Positions 21,952-31,407 of a DNA stretch of 64,000 nucleotides are shown piece by piece (within the stretch, counting starts at the first letter, position 1; the number at the start of each line of letters is the position of its first letter). The notes beneath the pieces are model-generated. The model saw nothing but the letters and a program-made list of their open reading frames with translations. It made no database searches and was not told the DNA's origin. The stretch comes from a bacterium. GTDB taxonomy: Bacteria; SAR324; NAC60-12. The stretch is taken from positions 384,001 to 448,000 of the forward strand of contig CBDBHR010000028.1 of the NCBI GenBank assembly GCA_965205865.1. Reading direction: 5' to 3'. Both the position numbers and the translations under genes were made by a program.

Positions 21952-23310
21952 CTATCGCTTCCATAGCGACCTCTTTACCTCTTCCATGAAGAACCGACGG
22001 TAACCCTTGGGCGCGCCCAGGATGTTCCCCTCTTCGTCGATTCGGAGTGAGTGAATGCGAACGTCCAACTCTCCACGTTTAAAATACAAAATAGAAACGT
22101 CATCGGGTTTCAAACCAGTCGTGCCGTCACGAACGTCCATCCGCACCCGGTCGAGCAAATGGTCGCTGTGCGTTTCGACTACCAATTGGCGCTCCGCACC
22201 GGCGACCTGACAGAATAAACTCCCCAGTGCGGCTTGGGCGCTCGGGTGGAGATGCACTTCCGGTTGCTGTAAAAGGAACATGGACGACGCATCCTGGCGC
22301 AGCAATTCGGTTATCAAGGGTAGCACCTGACTGACGCCGTAGCCCACATCGATCAGGTTGCGCGGGGGACCCTTCAGCCGGCCATCAAATTTCCTGACCT
22401 GCACCTGAAAGGGCTCACTCTCCCTTTTCCCCAAGGGTTTGATAGAAATTTCATCGAAGAGACCTGCGGTTTTCCCGAAGTCTTCGAGACTCTTCTTTAG
22501 AGTTTTCCACATTTTTTTGTTCTGGAAATAGACGTTGGCAAGATAACTGGGAACATAATTGCCTTCAGGATCCGGTGCGGTGCGGGAGGGATCATAGGTG
22601 CGGTGCGGTTTGAACCTGATCGGCGCACCGGCATACAATGCTTGATTTTGATTAAATGTGGACATGGATACGTCAACAATCAGATTCAATTCTTCCGTGG
22701 TGGGTAGATCAATACCATCCAATGGGGCGACATTTTTGATTAATTCTTTTTCATCGTCTCTTAGGCGATTCAGCAGAAATCCAATAGTGAAATCGAAAGT
22801 AGGAATCCGGCCACCATCAAACTGAGTGTGCAATTCGGGCAACTTTATTTGCCAACGGCTATTCGCTGTGCTGAAGCAAAGCAACCACGATCTATCATTT
22901 TGAAGACTGTATTCCAGCCAATGATTCTTTCTCGAAAGTCGTCTTCTCATCGGAAAGGGCACGGTTCCCTTCTTTCCGAAATCCACCTCAAAGCGACAAG
23001 AACCGGTAGCCACATCCATGCCCTTTATGGGGTGTCTGGGAGTGAATTCGAACCCCGCCTCAAAAGTACTTGCCCGGCTTCCTCTTCCACCCCGGTAATG
23101 GGCAATTTCGTCAAAGCTGCCCAGGTCATACGGCTCCTTTTTGAAATCGGGAATGTCGTGCTGGAAGGCAGTGAATAATAGTGCCCGGATCAAAGCCATG
23201 AAAGAGGTTTTTCCAGTGCTGTTTTCGCCTACGAGCAAAGTCAGGGGCGCCAGGCGAGTGGTCTGCTCTTCACGGAAGCAGCGAAAGTTTTTCAGCGTTA
23301 TCTTCTCCAT
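21952..23310 (-). CDS. ABC-type (AAA_15/AAA_21-like) ATPase, partner of the PIN gene
   Basis: GENSTGKT, VGYGVSQ, LLQQPEVHLHP, VETHS. Confidence 0.85.
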   Translation of the reverse strand: MEKITLKNFRCFREEQTTRLAPLTLLVGENSTGKTSFMALIRALLFTAFQHDIPDFKKEPYDLGSFDEIAHYRGGRGSRASTFEAGFEFTPRHPIKGMDVATGSCRFEVDFGKKGTVPFPMRRRLSRKNHWLEYSLQNDRSWLLCFSTANSRWQIKLPELHTQFDGGRIPTFDFTIGFLLNRLRDDEKELIKNVAPLDGIDLPTTEELNLIVDVSMSTFNQNQALYAGAPIRFKPHRTYDPSRTAPDPEGNYVPSYLANVYFQNKKMWKTLKKSLEDFGKTAGLFDEISIKPLGKRESEPFQVQVRKFDGRLKGPPRNLIDVGYGVSQVLPLITELLRQDASSMFLLQQPEVHLHPSAQAALGSLFCQVAGAERQLVVETHSDHLLDRVRMDVRDGTTGLKPDDVSILYFKRGELDVRIHSLRIDEEGNILGAPKGYRRFFMEEVKRSLWKR

Positions 23311-23323
23311 GATCTCTCCTTTT

Positions 23324-26278
23324 TCACTTGGGAACTGCCAGCAGCATCGCGTCTAAAAGTCGCTTTTCTTCGCTGCCACGAGGGTACAGGGCGGAAAGCG
23401 CGTTGGCAAGTCGCAGGAAGTCGGGGCCATGGTCCTGTTCGGCATCGATCAGCTTCCGCAGCGCGTTGGAGTGACCACCGGACTGCAAGAGCATGCCTGA
23501 GTGCACGCGGTCCAAGGTGGTGGCCTCGAGGGAATGAAGTTCGACCTCGCCATCAAGGATGGTTTTTCTTCCACGGCGGCGGTTTCTTGATTTCTCCGGA
23601 GCGTCCATTTCGGGAAAAAGCGTCATCTGCGAGTTGGCTTCCGGTTCATATTCGATCCAGTCGGCTGCTGCGCCTGCTCCGTCCTCGCCAAATAGTTTTC
23701 TGGCCCGCTCGGACACCGGCAGCAGGCGCACCACGCCTTTTTCCTGCTCGATGATACGACCGGTCCAGACGTCGAGATCGATGCCCATGGGTTGGGCGAA
23801 ACGACGCACGACGTCGAAGGGGAGATTGAATCCCCGGGGCGCCACCTTGGTAACCGTTTCTTCTTCCTCCTCTTCCTGTTTAGCATTCTCTTCGGAGGTT
23901 GCCGTACTCTGGAGGGTCCAGAGGAAGAGAGCTGTCAGGCGGGCGTCCTCCTCCAGCGCGCCGACCAAGCCGTTACGCGCCTGCGCTTCCGCCGTGCCAA
24001 GCACCTGCTGGAGCGCCGCGCGACCGACGACTTCCCAGACTTTTTCCAGGTACTCGGGCAGGCCGACCGTGCGGCCCTCGGCAGTCTCCACCGCGCGGTA
24101 ACGACTGAAGATTTCGAGCGCCGGGCCGATGCAGGCGAAGACCAGGTCCGCACCTCGGATACCTTCGCACTGCAAGCGCTCCATCCAGCCTCCCACACGA
24201 ATCGGAAGCTCGCGCAGGACATCGCCCCAGTCCCCGACTACGGCATCCTCGGATCGCGGGCGGCAAATGAGATGGACGCTGGTGGCGAGAGCCGCCGAGT
24301 CCTGCGACCTCAGTCGACCTACCATCTCAGTAGCAATTGGCCAGGAGCCAGTGATGGTCCAGCCACCTAGGATCATACCCGAAAGCAATGCCTCCCAACC
24401 TTCTGTGGTCTTGTGGGCGAAGACGACCGAGCCGATGCCATCTTCGTTTAGAATGCGGTGCCCCTCAGTGAACGTCTTCGCCATCATCTCCTCGAACCAC
24501 GCACGATCTTTCGGTCGTCCATCGTTAGTCTTTGTCTTGTCCTGTACTATCTCGCGTGCCTTCGGTGAGAGTGGATTGTCCGGGTCGAAATAGTCACGTA
24601 GCAGCGAGTAACCGGGTAGTGTTCGTTTGAACCAGACTAAGAAGAAGTCAGCAAGGTCCGCATATGGAATCGCGTCGTAATACGGCGGGTCGGTGAACAA
24701 AACTCCAGCGGATTGGTCGGGAAGTGGGTGATTCGTGGTGTCGGCTGATTGAACTTGTCCGGAGACTAATCCCAGTGAGCGACCCTCAAGTATATAAACT
24801 ATCGAGTTGAGAGCACTGTCCCAGCTTCTCGATGCGGTTGCCAGACAATTCGATTCGCCAAAATCCCAGATGATTGGCAAAGCCTGCCGAGGGATCGCAT
24901 GCTTGACCTCCTCCCCAGAAGCCAGCCATGCAGAAGTAGATGAGCCGCCACCGGCGATTCGGTTTACAGCTATGGCGAGCAAACACCTTATTGATTCCTC
25001 CAACGCTGCGACGGACTGACTCAACGCCACCAACGCCACCTTCTGCCGCGCCGTGAACAAGTCACCCCACTGTAGCATGCCGTAGCGTTGCACGTTAAAG
25101 CCCAACGTCCCAATCGGTGGCAGCGGCTCATCCGGTATCGGGCAGAGTCCTTGCTTTCCCCTATGTTCCCATTCCTCAATAATCTGTACCACCCGCGCCT
25201 GCGCGCGGCGCACCGCTTCGTAGTCCGCGTCGGTAGGAAGACGATAATGTCTTCCGGGCTGTCCGGGCTGGAGCATCACCACAGCTGTCATGAAAGCCCC
25301 GCCTGTCCGACGGTCCTGTTCATCGAAGATAACGTCGGCTCCGCCCCGTTGGGCAGCGAGCTGTGCTCGCACCCGTTCGGGTTGCAATACGATGCCACAA
25401 CACAGACACGTCGCCTTCGCTCGTGTCACGGTGCCTCCATGCACCTCCCTATCCGTTGTCGGCTCGAACACTTCGAACTCGACATGCGGGGGAGCGCCTT
25501 CGGACCGTTCGATCCGGTATCGGAGGGCACGCTTGCGCTTGGGCTTCTTGCACAGCCAGAATGAACGCATGAGCGGGATCTCCGCGCCGCAGTTGGGCGC
25601 TTCGCAGCGCACCGTGCGCGCCCAGAGATAGGCAATCGGGGTGGCGCCATCCGGGTCAGGTGGATAGAGGTCGCCCAGTTCCCGCTTGGCTTTCCGTTTG
25701 ATCTCGCCACCGACTTTGCGCAGTTCCTCGGCCAGTCCCGGACCGTATCGTGGGATGTCCTCCAACATCACCTTGAGGATCAGGCAGGCCACCGGGTTGA
25801 GATCACTGGCGAAGGCTTCACAGCCAAGCCGCAGCGCTTCCAGAGGGATCGAACCCCCACCCGCGAATGGATCCACCACCAGCGGTGGCTCCTCACCATG
25901 GGCCGCCTTCACCAGGGCACGACTCACACCGAGATAGGTGCGATTCGCAGCAAGGTCCCAGTTGGCAAAGTCGGCGATGAACCGCAACAGTACCTTACGC
26001 AACCCCTCGTCCGTGGCATCCGGACGGCAGCCTGCCACCTGTGGCAAGAGCCTGCGTGCCTCGTCCTTGAATTCTGGCGGACATTGCGGATCACACGGGT
26101 CCGGCAGTAGTAGCGCGAGCAGCACTGCCCGACACGAAGCCAGCGGTCGCCGCGCCCACCACAGGTGCAACGTCGAGGGATGTCCATGCCGGATCGATTT
26201 CTCCCGCACCGCATGCCTGGAAACTTCGGCAATGGGAAAGTCCACCTCCGCCAGTCGTTTGCATTCTCTGGGGATCAC
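23324..26278 (-). CDS. DUF1156 adenine-specific DNA methyltransferase
   Basis: LHLWWARRPL, DPFAGGGSIPLEA, TDPPYY, Cys-rich finger; likely GTG start MIPRECKRL at 26278. Confidence 0.92.
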   Translation of the reverse strand: MIPRECKRLAEVDFPIAEVSRHAVREKSIRHGHPSTLHLWWARRPLASCRAVLLALLLPDPCDPQCPPEFKDEARRLLPQVAGCRPDATDEGLRKVLLRFIADFANWDLAANRTYLGVSRALVKAAHGEEPPLVVDPFAGGGSIPLEALRLGCEAFASDLNPVACLILKVMLEDIPRYGPGLAEELRKVGGEIKRKAKRELGDLYPPDPDGATPIAYLWARTVRCEAPNCGAEIPLMRSFWLCKKPKRKRALRYRIERSEGAPPHVEFEVFEPTTDREVHGGTVTRAKATCLCCGIVLQPERVRAQLAAQRGGADVIFDEQDRRTGGAFMTAVVMLQPGQPGRHYRLPTDADYEAVRRAQARVVQIIEEWEHRGKQGLCPIPDEPLPPIGTLGFNVQRYGMLQWGDLFTARQKVALVALSQSVAALEESIRCLLAIAVNRIAGGGSSTSAWLASGEEVKHAIPRQALPIIWDFGESNCLATASRSWDSALNSIVYILEGRSLGLVSGQVQSADTTNHPLPDQSAGVLFTDPPYYDAIPYADLADFFLVWFKRTLPGYSLLRDYFDPDNPLSPKAREIVQDKTKTNDGRPKDRAWFEEMMAKTFTEGHRILNEDGIGSVVFAHKTTEGWEALLSGMILGGWTITGSWPIATEMVGRLRSQDSAALATSVHLICRPRSEDAVVGDWGDVLRELPIRVGGWMERLQCEGIRGADLVFACIGPALEIFSRYRAVETAEGRTVGLPEYLEKVWEVVGRAALQQVLGTAEAQARNGLVGALEEDARLTALFLWTLQSTATSEENAKQEEEEEETVTKVAPRGFNLPFDVVRRFAQPMGIDLDVWTGRIIEQEKGVVRLLPVSERARKLFGEDGAGAAADWIEYEPEANSQMTLFPEMDAPEKSRNRRRGRKTILDGEVELHSLEATTLDRVHSGMLLQSGGHSNALRKLIDAEQDHGPDFLRLANALSALYPRGSEEKRLLDAMLLAVPK

Positions 26279-26349
26279 GGATGCTCCTCCGTCCATTGGA
26301 CGAGCACTTTGGCGGTGTCGATCGCGTCCCGGTATTCCTGCCCATATTC
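26275..26349 (-). pseudogene. 3' remnant of a HEPN-like gene overlapping the DUF1156 start
   Basis: EYGQEYRDAIDTAKVLVQWTEEHP* resembles a HEPN C-terminal helix; GTGA stop/start overlap. Confidence 0.4.
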
Positions 26350-26739
26350 CGAAGTGTGATTTTTAGAATTACAAGGAATCCAATACTCCAATACAATTGC
26401 TTTTTCTCTATCGTATCTTGCAAATCTACGAGGAGTCATAGTCGTGTTCTTTCAAATAGAGGATGTCGCACCGTACCTCCAACCGCTTTCGCTCGCCTGC
26501 TTCCGGCTGGAAATCTATCGCGATCTCATTCGGGATCGGAATGAATGTGCGATATTTCGAGAGAATAGTCGAGGTGATCCTAGTACCGCCTCCGGACGCG
26601 GCACTAACAAGTCCAGGACAAAGAATGTCGTAGTAAAGGTGGAAACGCCTTGAGTGATGTTGGAATATGAATATGACCTTTCGGCCACCCCAGACCACTT
26701 CTGTTGAATGCGGCTGTAGAAAGAAGTCTCCTTTTTCGC

Positions 26740-27155
26740 GCGGGATCTTTCTCGTCATCTTCGTTGGGCCGGTCGACGATTAATTTGTTATCACGAGTTA
26801 CCCGTTCCTTGCGAAGTACGGGGCGCCGCCGGTTGTCCTGAGAGAAAACGATCTCATATTTCCACTGGGCTTCTGCTCTTGTATCCTGCAATTCGACATG
26901 CACTTCTATGTTCGAATATCGCCGTGCCGCCAGGCATCGAATAGCGCTCACCCCACGCCGTCGTAGAACCGCGTCCTGAAAACCTCCTCCGGTCGAAGCG
27001 AGATCACGCAGGAACCGGAAAACATCGAGGAAATTGGATTTCCCCGACGCGTTGGGACCTACGAGAAAGACACGATCTTCTATGGCAACCTCGACATCGA
27101 GAAAATTTTTCCAATTTCGCAGGTGGAGTTTCCTGATTTTCAGGTTATCGCTCAT
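26740..27155 (-). pseudogene. truncated ABC/AAA ATPase (N-terminal part only)
   Basis: LRNWKNF, GPNASGKSN; recognisable similarity ends at EDDEKDPAR, no Walker B. Confidence 0.75.
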
Positions 27156-27170
27156 TGCTTTTCCTTGTGA

Positions 27171-27440
27171 TCATTGTGGCCCATTGTACTTTAGTGGAGG
27201 TTTCCGTACTTGCATTGGTTGGGTCAGGGCGTTGACCTCGAGCCAGTAGTGCTGCACCTTGGTGACCTGATTCCAGGGGAAGCGGGCGGGATTTCTGACC
27301 GGTTCCTGAAGTTCCGGGGCACTCGCGCATTTGGTGACCACGTAGAGCCAGTAGCAATCAGGACGGTCCTCGGCGACGCGCCGTTCATTCGGCGTGAGCA
27401 GGATGGTGCCGACCAGTTGCTTATATTCCTTGGGAATCAC
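27171..27440 (-). other. 89-aa chimeric linker ORF: DUF1156 start (10 codons) fused in frame to a duplicated helicase/DUF3883 C-terminus
   Basis: GTG-IPKEYKQLV versus MIPRECKRLA; 27208-27411 matches 31441-31644 at 190/204 nt by manual alignment. Confidence 0.88.
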
Positions 27441-28672
27441 TTGCATTTGGGTTCCTTCCACAAGCGTACGATGAAGCGGTTCTCTTCTTCGATCAGGTCA
27501 GGCTCGGTTCCGTTGTGGTCCCGCATGCCGGGGATGATTCTATTCCGTACCCCCATCCCGCGATTGTCCACGTATCCGTAGTCGCGCATCACATTGACTA
27601 AGGCTTGGTTGCGGGCGTAGCGCATTCCCACCTTCATTCCTCCGGTCGTCACCGTCTTGGGCAAGCGTCCGGGGCTCACGATCTCCAGACGGTTAGAAAA
27701 GATGGCGAGCATGACGTCCGCCCCCGAGATGCTGTAGTCTCGGTGAACCAAGGCGTTTCCCACGGCCTCGCGCACCACCGCTTCGGGGAATTCCCAGCGG
27801 TCGACCCGGCGTGCGCTTTCAAGCCGAGCGGAAGGCATCGTATTGCGCCGTACGAAATCCCACGCCTGATCAACCAACCCCGGTTCTACCAGCACGCCAT
27901 CGAGAGCGCCAAGCGGAACCAGCGGTCCCCTGAGGTCTTCGTCCGCGCGGGTCGCGTAGTCCGCTTCCTCTCCGGGGTAGCAGACGGCCCGGATGCCCGA
28001 TTGAGGGAGAGGGCGTGCGGGATTCCTCCCGAACAACAACGTACCATCGATGGTTGCAGCCGTTCGCCCCGCTGAGGTCGTCGCCAAGTCCAGGTTCAGC
28101 AACAGCGTCTGCCACCCTTTAGCATCGCTGTCACCCGGAGCGTCACTTCCCAGGACTCGAACGAAGTAGTCGCGCAGGCGACGGAGGTCGAGCGTGTCGA
28201 TGGCGGTTCCCCGCACTGGTTTAAGACCATACCGCAGCCCCCCGGACTGTTGGTAGAGACGTTCTTCTTCCTCGCGAGTCGCATTGCGCGTTGTGGTTCC
28301 CACTCGAACCTTGGTGACCCAGGCCGACCCGTGCTTCGCTTTATACGGCTTGTCCGGCGCGTCCGCCGGCAGTGACACGATACCAACTTCTTTTGCGTCG
28401 TCCCAACATATTGTCTCCCAGTACGGGATTGTGGCTGGTTGAACGTGCGTTCGAGCCACCTCCATGACCCACTCCTCAGCCCTGGCCCGGTCCCGGGTGA
28501 GGCCGCTGACGGTCTGATCGTTTTCGACACCCAGGAGTATGTGGCCGCCTTCCAGATTGAGGAGCGCGACCATCTCTCCCGCCAGTTTGTCCTGAGGGAT
28601 GTTGTCACGTTTGAACTCGACGCCGGAGTTCTCGCCGTTGCGGATCAATTCGATCAATTCAGTTTTGTTCAT
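27437..28672 (-). CDS. Schlafen/AlbA_2 domain protein with RecG-C/HATPase-like domain
   Basis: GENSGVEFK, ALLNLEGG, REAVGNALVHRDY, LEIVSPG. Confidence 0.85.
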   Translation of the reverse strand: MNKTELIELIRNGENSGVEFKRDNIPQDKLAGEMVALLNLEGGHILLGVENDQTVSGLTRDRARAEEWVMEVARTHVQPATIPYWETICWDDAKEVGIVSLPADAPDKPYKAKHGSAWVTKVRVGTTTRNATREEEERLYQQSGGLRYGLKPVRGTAIDTLDLRRLRDYFVRVLGSDAPGDSDAKGWQTLLLNLDLATTSAGRTAATIDGTLLFGRNPARPLPQSGIRAVCYPGEEADYATRADEDLRGPLVPLGALDGVLVEPGLVDQAWDFVRRNTMPSARLESARRVDRWEFPEAVVREAVGNALVHRDYSISGADVMLAIFSNRLEIVSPGRLPKTVTTGGMKVGMRYARNQALVNVMRDYGYVDNRGMGVRNRIIPGMRDHNGTEPDLIEEENRFIVRLWKEPKCK

Positions 28673-28678
28673 GGTCGT

Positions 28679-28718
28679 TCTCTCACGATTTTGTTTGACG
28701 GATGGGGTGGGAACCCTC
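28679..28718 (-). repeat. 36-bp hairpin element, copy 1 (fills most of the intergenic gap)
   Basis: gagg-gttcccaccccatccgtcaaacaaaatcgt-gagaga. Confidence 0.7.
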
Positions 28719-31407
28719 AGAATCCGTATTTCAGTCTGCGAGTCTCAAATGCGTCCTTGCCTCCTTCGAGAATTTCCTCAACCATCTCCCGTACCGGACG
28801 CGCATCGATCGAACCCATATGATTGGGGTCGATGTGAGCATTTCCTCCATCCGCCTCTCCCAGAGCAGTAAGCCCTAGGATCAACTCCGCGTCTCCAAGC
28901 ACCGGGATGTTGGCGTTGTGGGTGGAGAAGATGAACTGACGCCGGCGTTTCTCCTCCCGCATCCTGGGGACCACGCCTTGGGTGATGAAGCGGTTGTCGA
29001 GGTCGTCCTCCGGTTGATCCACGATCAAGGGAGCGTCCGATTCGAGCAGCAGGAGCAGCAGTACCGCGGTTGCTTTCTGTCCCGTCGAGAGGGCTTCGAG
29101 CGTCTGCCATGACGGTGGTTCGCCGGCAGGCGCCGTGTTGAGACGGATTGACGTGGTGGGTAATAACTCCAGTTCTTCAATGCGCATCAAGACCTCTGGA
29201 GATCCTTCGGCAAGACGTTTCGCTTGAGCCGGTGGAATTGCGTATGCCCGGTGAACGGCTTCAGCCCCCATCCTGCAACACTCGACGAAATGTGGCAGAG
29301 AAAACTCCTTCTTCTTAAGGGCATCAATCACCTCGAAGAGACGGCCTCCGATCTCGTCACGCAGCACCCCGAACAACGGTTCTCGATCACCCGCTGCGGC
29401 GACCTCCACCCGGACGCGGTCATGCAGATTTCTGCCGACATTCTTCGCTGCCCGGTCAAGGAGACGGAATTCCTCCGCCTTGAGGTCTTCCCACTCTGCG
29501 AGCAGCGTACGACGCCGTTCCGTGTACTCCTTATTCAAGCGCTGTAACAGGGACGCGCGTTCTCGCAGTGGGCGAAGGCCTTCGATTTCGCGTCGCAGAC
29601 GGATGAACTCCTCGCCGTCCACCGCCGACTTCCGCAGTTCACGCAGGATTCTCTCGTAACCGGTCTGTACTTCGCGCTTGCGCTCATTCCACCGGCTGCG
29701 GATCTCATCGATCCCGCTATCAGCTTGCGCAAGCGCTGCCTCGAATCGGCTCACCAACTCCTCGAGGTCGAGGCTCAGACGTTCAAAGACGTCATTGGCG
29801 GCCGCGAGAATTTCCTTGCCCGGTAGATCCTCAAGGGCCCTTGGCGATAAGAACACGCGGTCGATGGGGATCTCCTGGCGGAGGATCTCCAGACACTCAC
29901 GGAGTGGCTCCAGACGCTCGGGAATCGAACCTAGTACGCGCTCTTCGCGGACGAGGAGGCTCTGCTCACGCAGCCGGTCTTCGAGTCCTGCTTCTCGAAA
30001 GCGTTCAATCGTCTCTTCGAGTCCGGGGAGAGTCGCCAAGCGTTCTTCGATCTGTCCGAGTTCGGTGCTTACTTCCAGCATCGACCGTCCGGTCTTCTCC
30101 AGGTCCCGGCGTAAGTCCACTTTGCGCCTGGACAGCGACGAGTCGCGTTCGACAAAGCGATCGAGCAAGCGTGTGAGTTTTTCACGACTCCTGGTGAGCT
30201 CGGAGATTTCGTGCTGCCCGTACACCTCGACACGGGGGAGTATCTCTTCGGGGAGCAGGTTCGAGACCTGGCCGCTTTCCTCGCGAACCACCGGAGGGTT
30301 CGGGACTGTTCTTTCGATCCGGTACTGTCTATTTGTCGGGCGGTGGGAGCGGACAAGGAGCGAGACTTTTGTCCCGCCCCGGAGCACGTGGCGCACAATC
30401 CCCTGGTGGGCTTTGCTAGCCTCTTCTCCAATGGGATCTAATCCGAGTACGTACCTCAGACTCTCGATGACCGTCGACTTGCCCGCGCCTCGCCCACCAA
30501 TCAGCACGTTCAGGTTCGGGTTGAAGTGAAAAGCCACGCCGTCCAGAAATCCGCCTTGCCAGGTCAGCGAGATGAGTTCAGCATGTTCTTCAGGCGGGGG
30601 ATCGCCGTTCAGACGAATTCTTGATTCCGGATCGAGAAAAGCCTGCCGCAGGCCCTCGATGCCAACTTCGGACATCTTGATCCAGCACATGGCCGAAGGA
30701 TCTTCCAGGTCCTCGGAATTCACGACGTCCTTTGCGTTGACCACGGCCACCGCCAGATTATCCCCCGCTGCGTGGAGTCGGCGGTAATCGGCGTTCTTGT
30801 TTTCAACGATCTGTAACGCACTTCGGGGCAATTCCTTGACAGGCCCCGGAATCTGAATTGCGAGCAGGTCTTTGCTCTGCCATGCTTTGATCCGGGCCTT
30901 TCCATCAAGGACGCTGAACAAACCGCTGTTGTTGGTTGCGTGCGCGGCGATTGTGATGCCACCCTGTGCTCGGACTTTTTCAAGTATTTCGACGAATGAC
31001 AGGCTCGAAAGGTCCGAAGAGGACTCTGTCACGTAAATCCCAAAATCACCAAGATACCGTCCGAGTGTCTCTTCTTCGGTGTCTGGTGAATAGATACAAA
31101 GAACGTGAACGCCTTCAGAGGAGGTAAGTTCAAATCCTGGAAATATCGTGATTCGATAGCCAGTAGCAGCGTTGCGGAATGCTTCAACTCCACTCACGTT
31201 ATTGTGATCAGTGATCGCGAGCGCCGAGACCCCAATTTCGGCGGCTTTCGCGACAATGGCATTGGCGTGAGATTCGACATCGCCTGCAGTCTCTTTGCCT
31301 CGAAACGTTTCGTTGTAGTGGTGGGGATTCACTTGGAGAGAGCAACGGTGAAACTCCGCGCCTCTCGGTAACTTGCTTGATTTCTCACTACAGCCATTGA
31401 AATTCAC
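28717..31407 (-). CDS. PHP-domain + SMC-like ABC ATPase (TrlF/Ppl-like)
   Basis: AITDHN, GVHVL, IAAH; GGRGAGKS; LSTGQ, IVDQPEDDLDN; likely GTG start overlapping the helicase stop. Confidence 0.85.
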   Translation of the reverse strand: MNFNGCSEKSSKLPRGAEFHRCSLQVNPHHYNETFRGKETAGDVESHANAIVAKAAEIGVSALAITDHNNVSGVEAFRNAATGYRITIFPGFELTSSEGVHVLCIYSPDTEEETLGRYLGDFGIYVTESSSDLSSLSFVEILEKVRAQGGITIAAHATNNSGLFSVLDGKARIKAWQSKDLLAIQIPGPVKELPRSALQIVENKNADYRRLHAAGDNLAVAVVNAKDVVNSEDLEDPSAMCWIKMSEVGIEGLRQAFLDPESRIRLNGDPPPEEHAELISLTWQGGFLDGVAFHFNPNLNVLIGGRGAGKSTVIESLRYVLGLDPIGEEASKAHQGIVRHVLRGGTKVSLLVRSHRPTNRQYRIERTVPNPPVVREESGQVSNLLPEEILPRVEVYGQHEISELTRSREKLTRLLDRFVERDSSLSRRKVDLRRDLEKTGRSMLEVSTELGQIEERLATLPGLEETIERFREAGLEDRLREQSLLVREERVLGSIPERLEPLRECLEILRQEIPIDRVFLSPRALEDLPGKEILAAANDVFERLSLDLEELVSRFEAALAQADSGIDEIRSRWNERKREVQTGYERILRELRKSAVDGEEFIRLRREIEGLRPLRERASLLQRLNKEYTERRRTLLAEWEDLKAEEFRLLDRAAKNVGRNLHDRVRVEVAAAGDREPLFGVLRDEIGGRLFEVIDALKKKEFSLPHFVECCRMGAEAVHRAYAIPPAQAKRLAEGSPEVLMRIEELELLPTTSIRLNTAPAGEPPSWQTLEALSTGQKATAVLLLLLLESDAPLIVDQPEDDLDNRFITQGVVPRMREEKRRRQFIFSTHNANIPVLGDAELILGLTALGEADGGNAHIDPNHMGSIDARPVREMVEEILEGGKDAFETRRLKYGF

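Noticed and set aside
26426-26758. 110-aa ORF as a real gene
   Set aside because: It begins inside the truncated ATPase and shows no recognisable domain; probably debris
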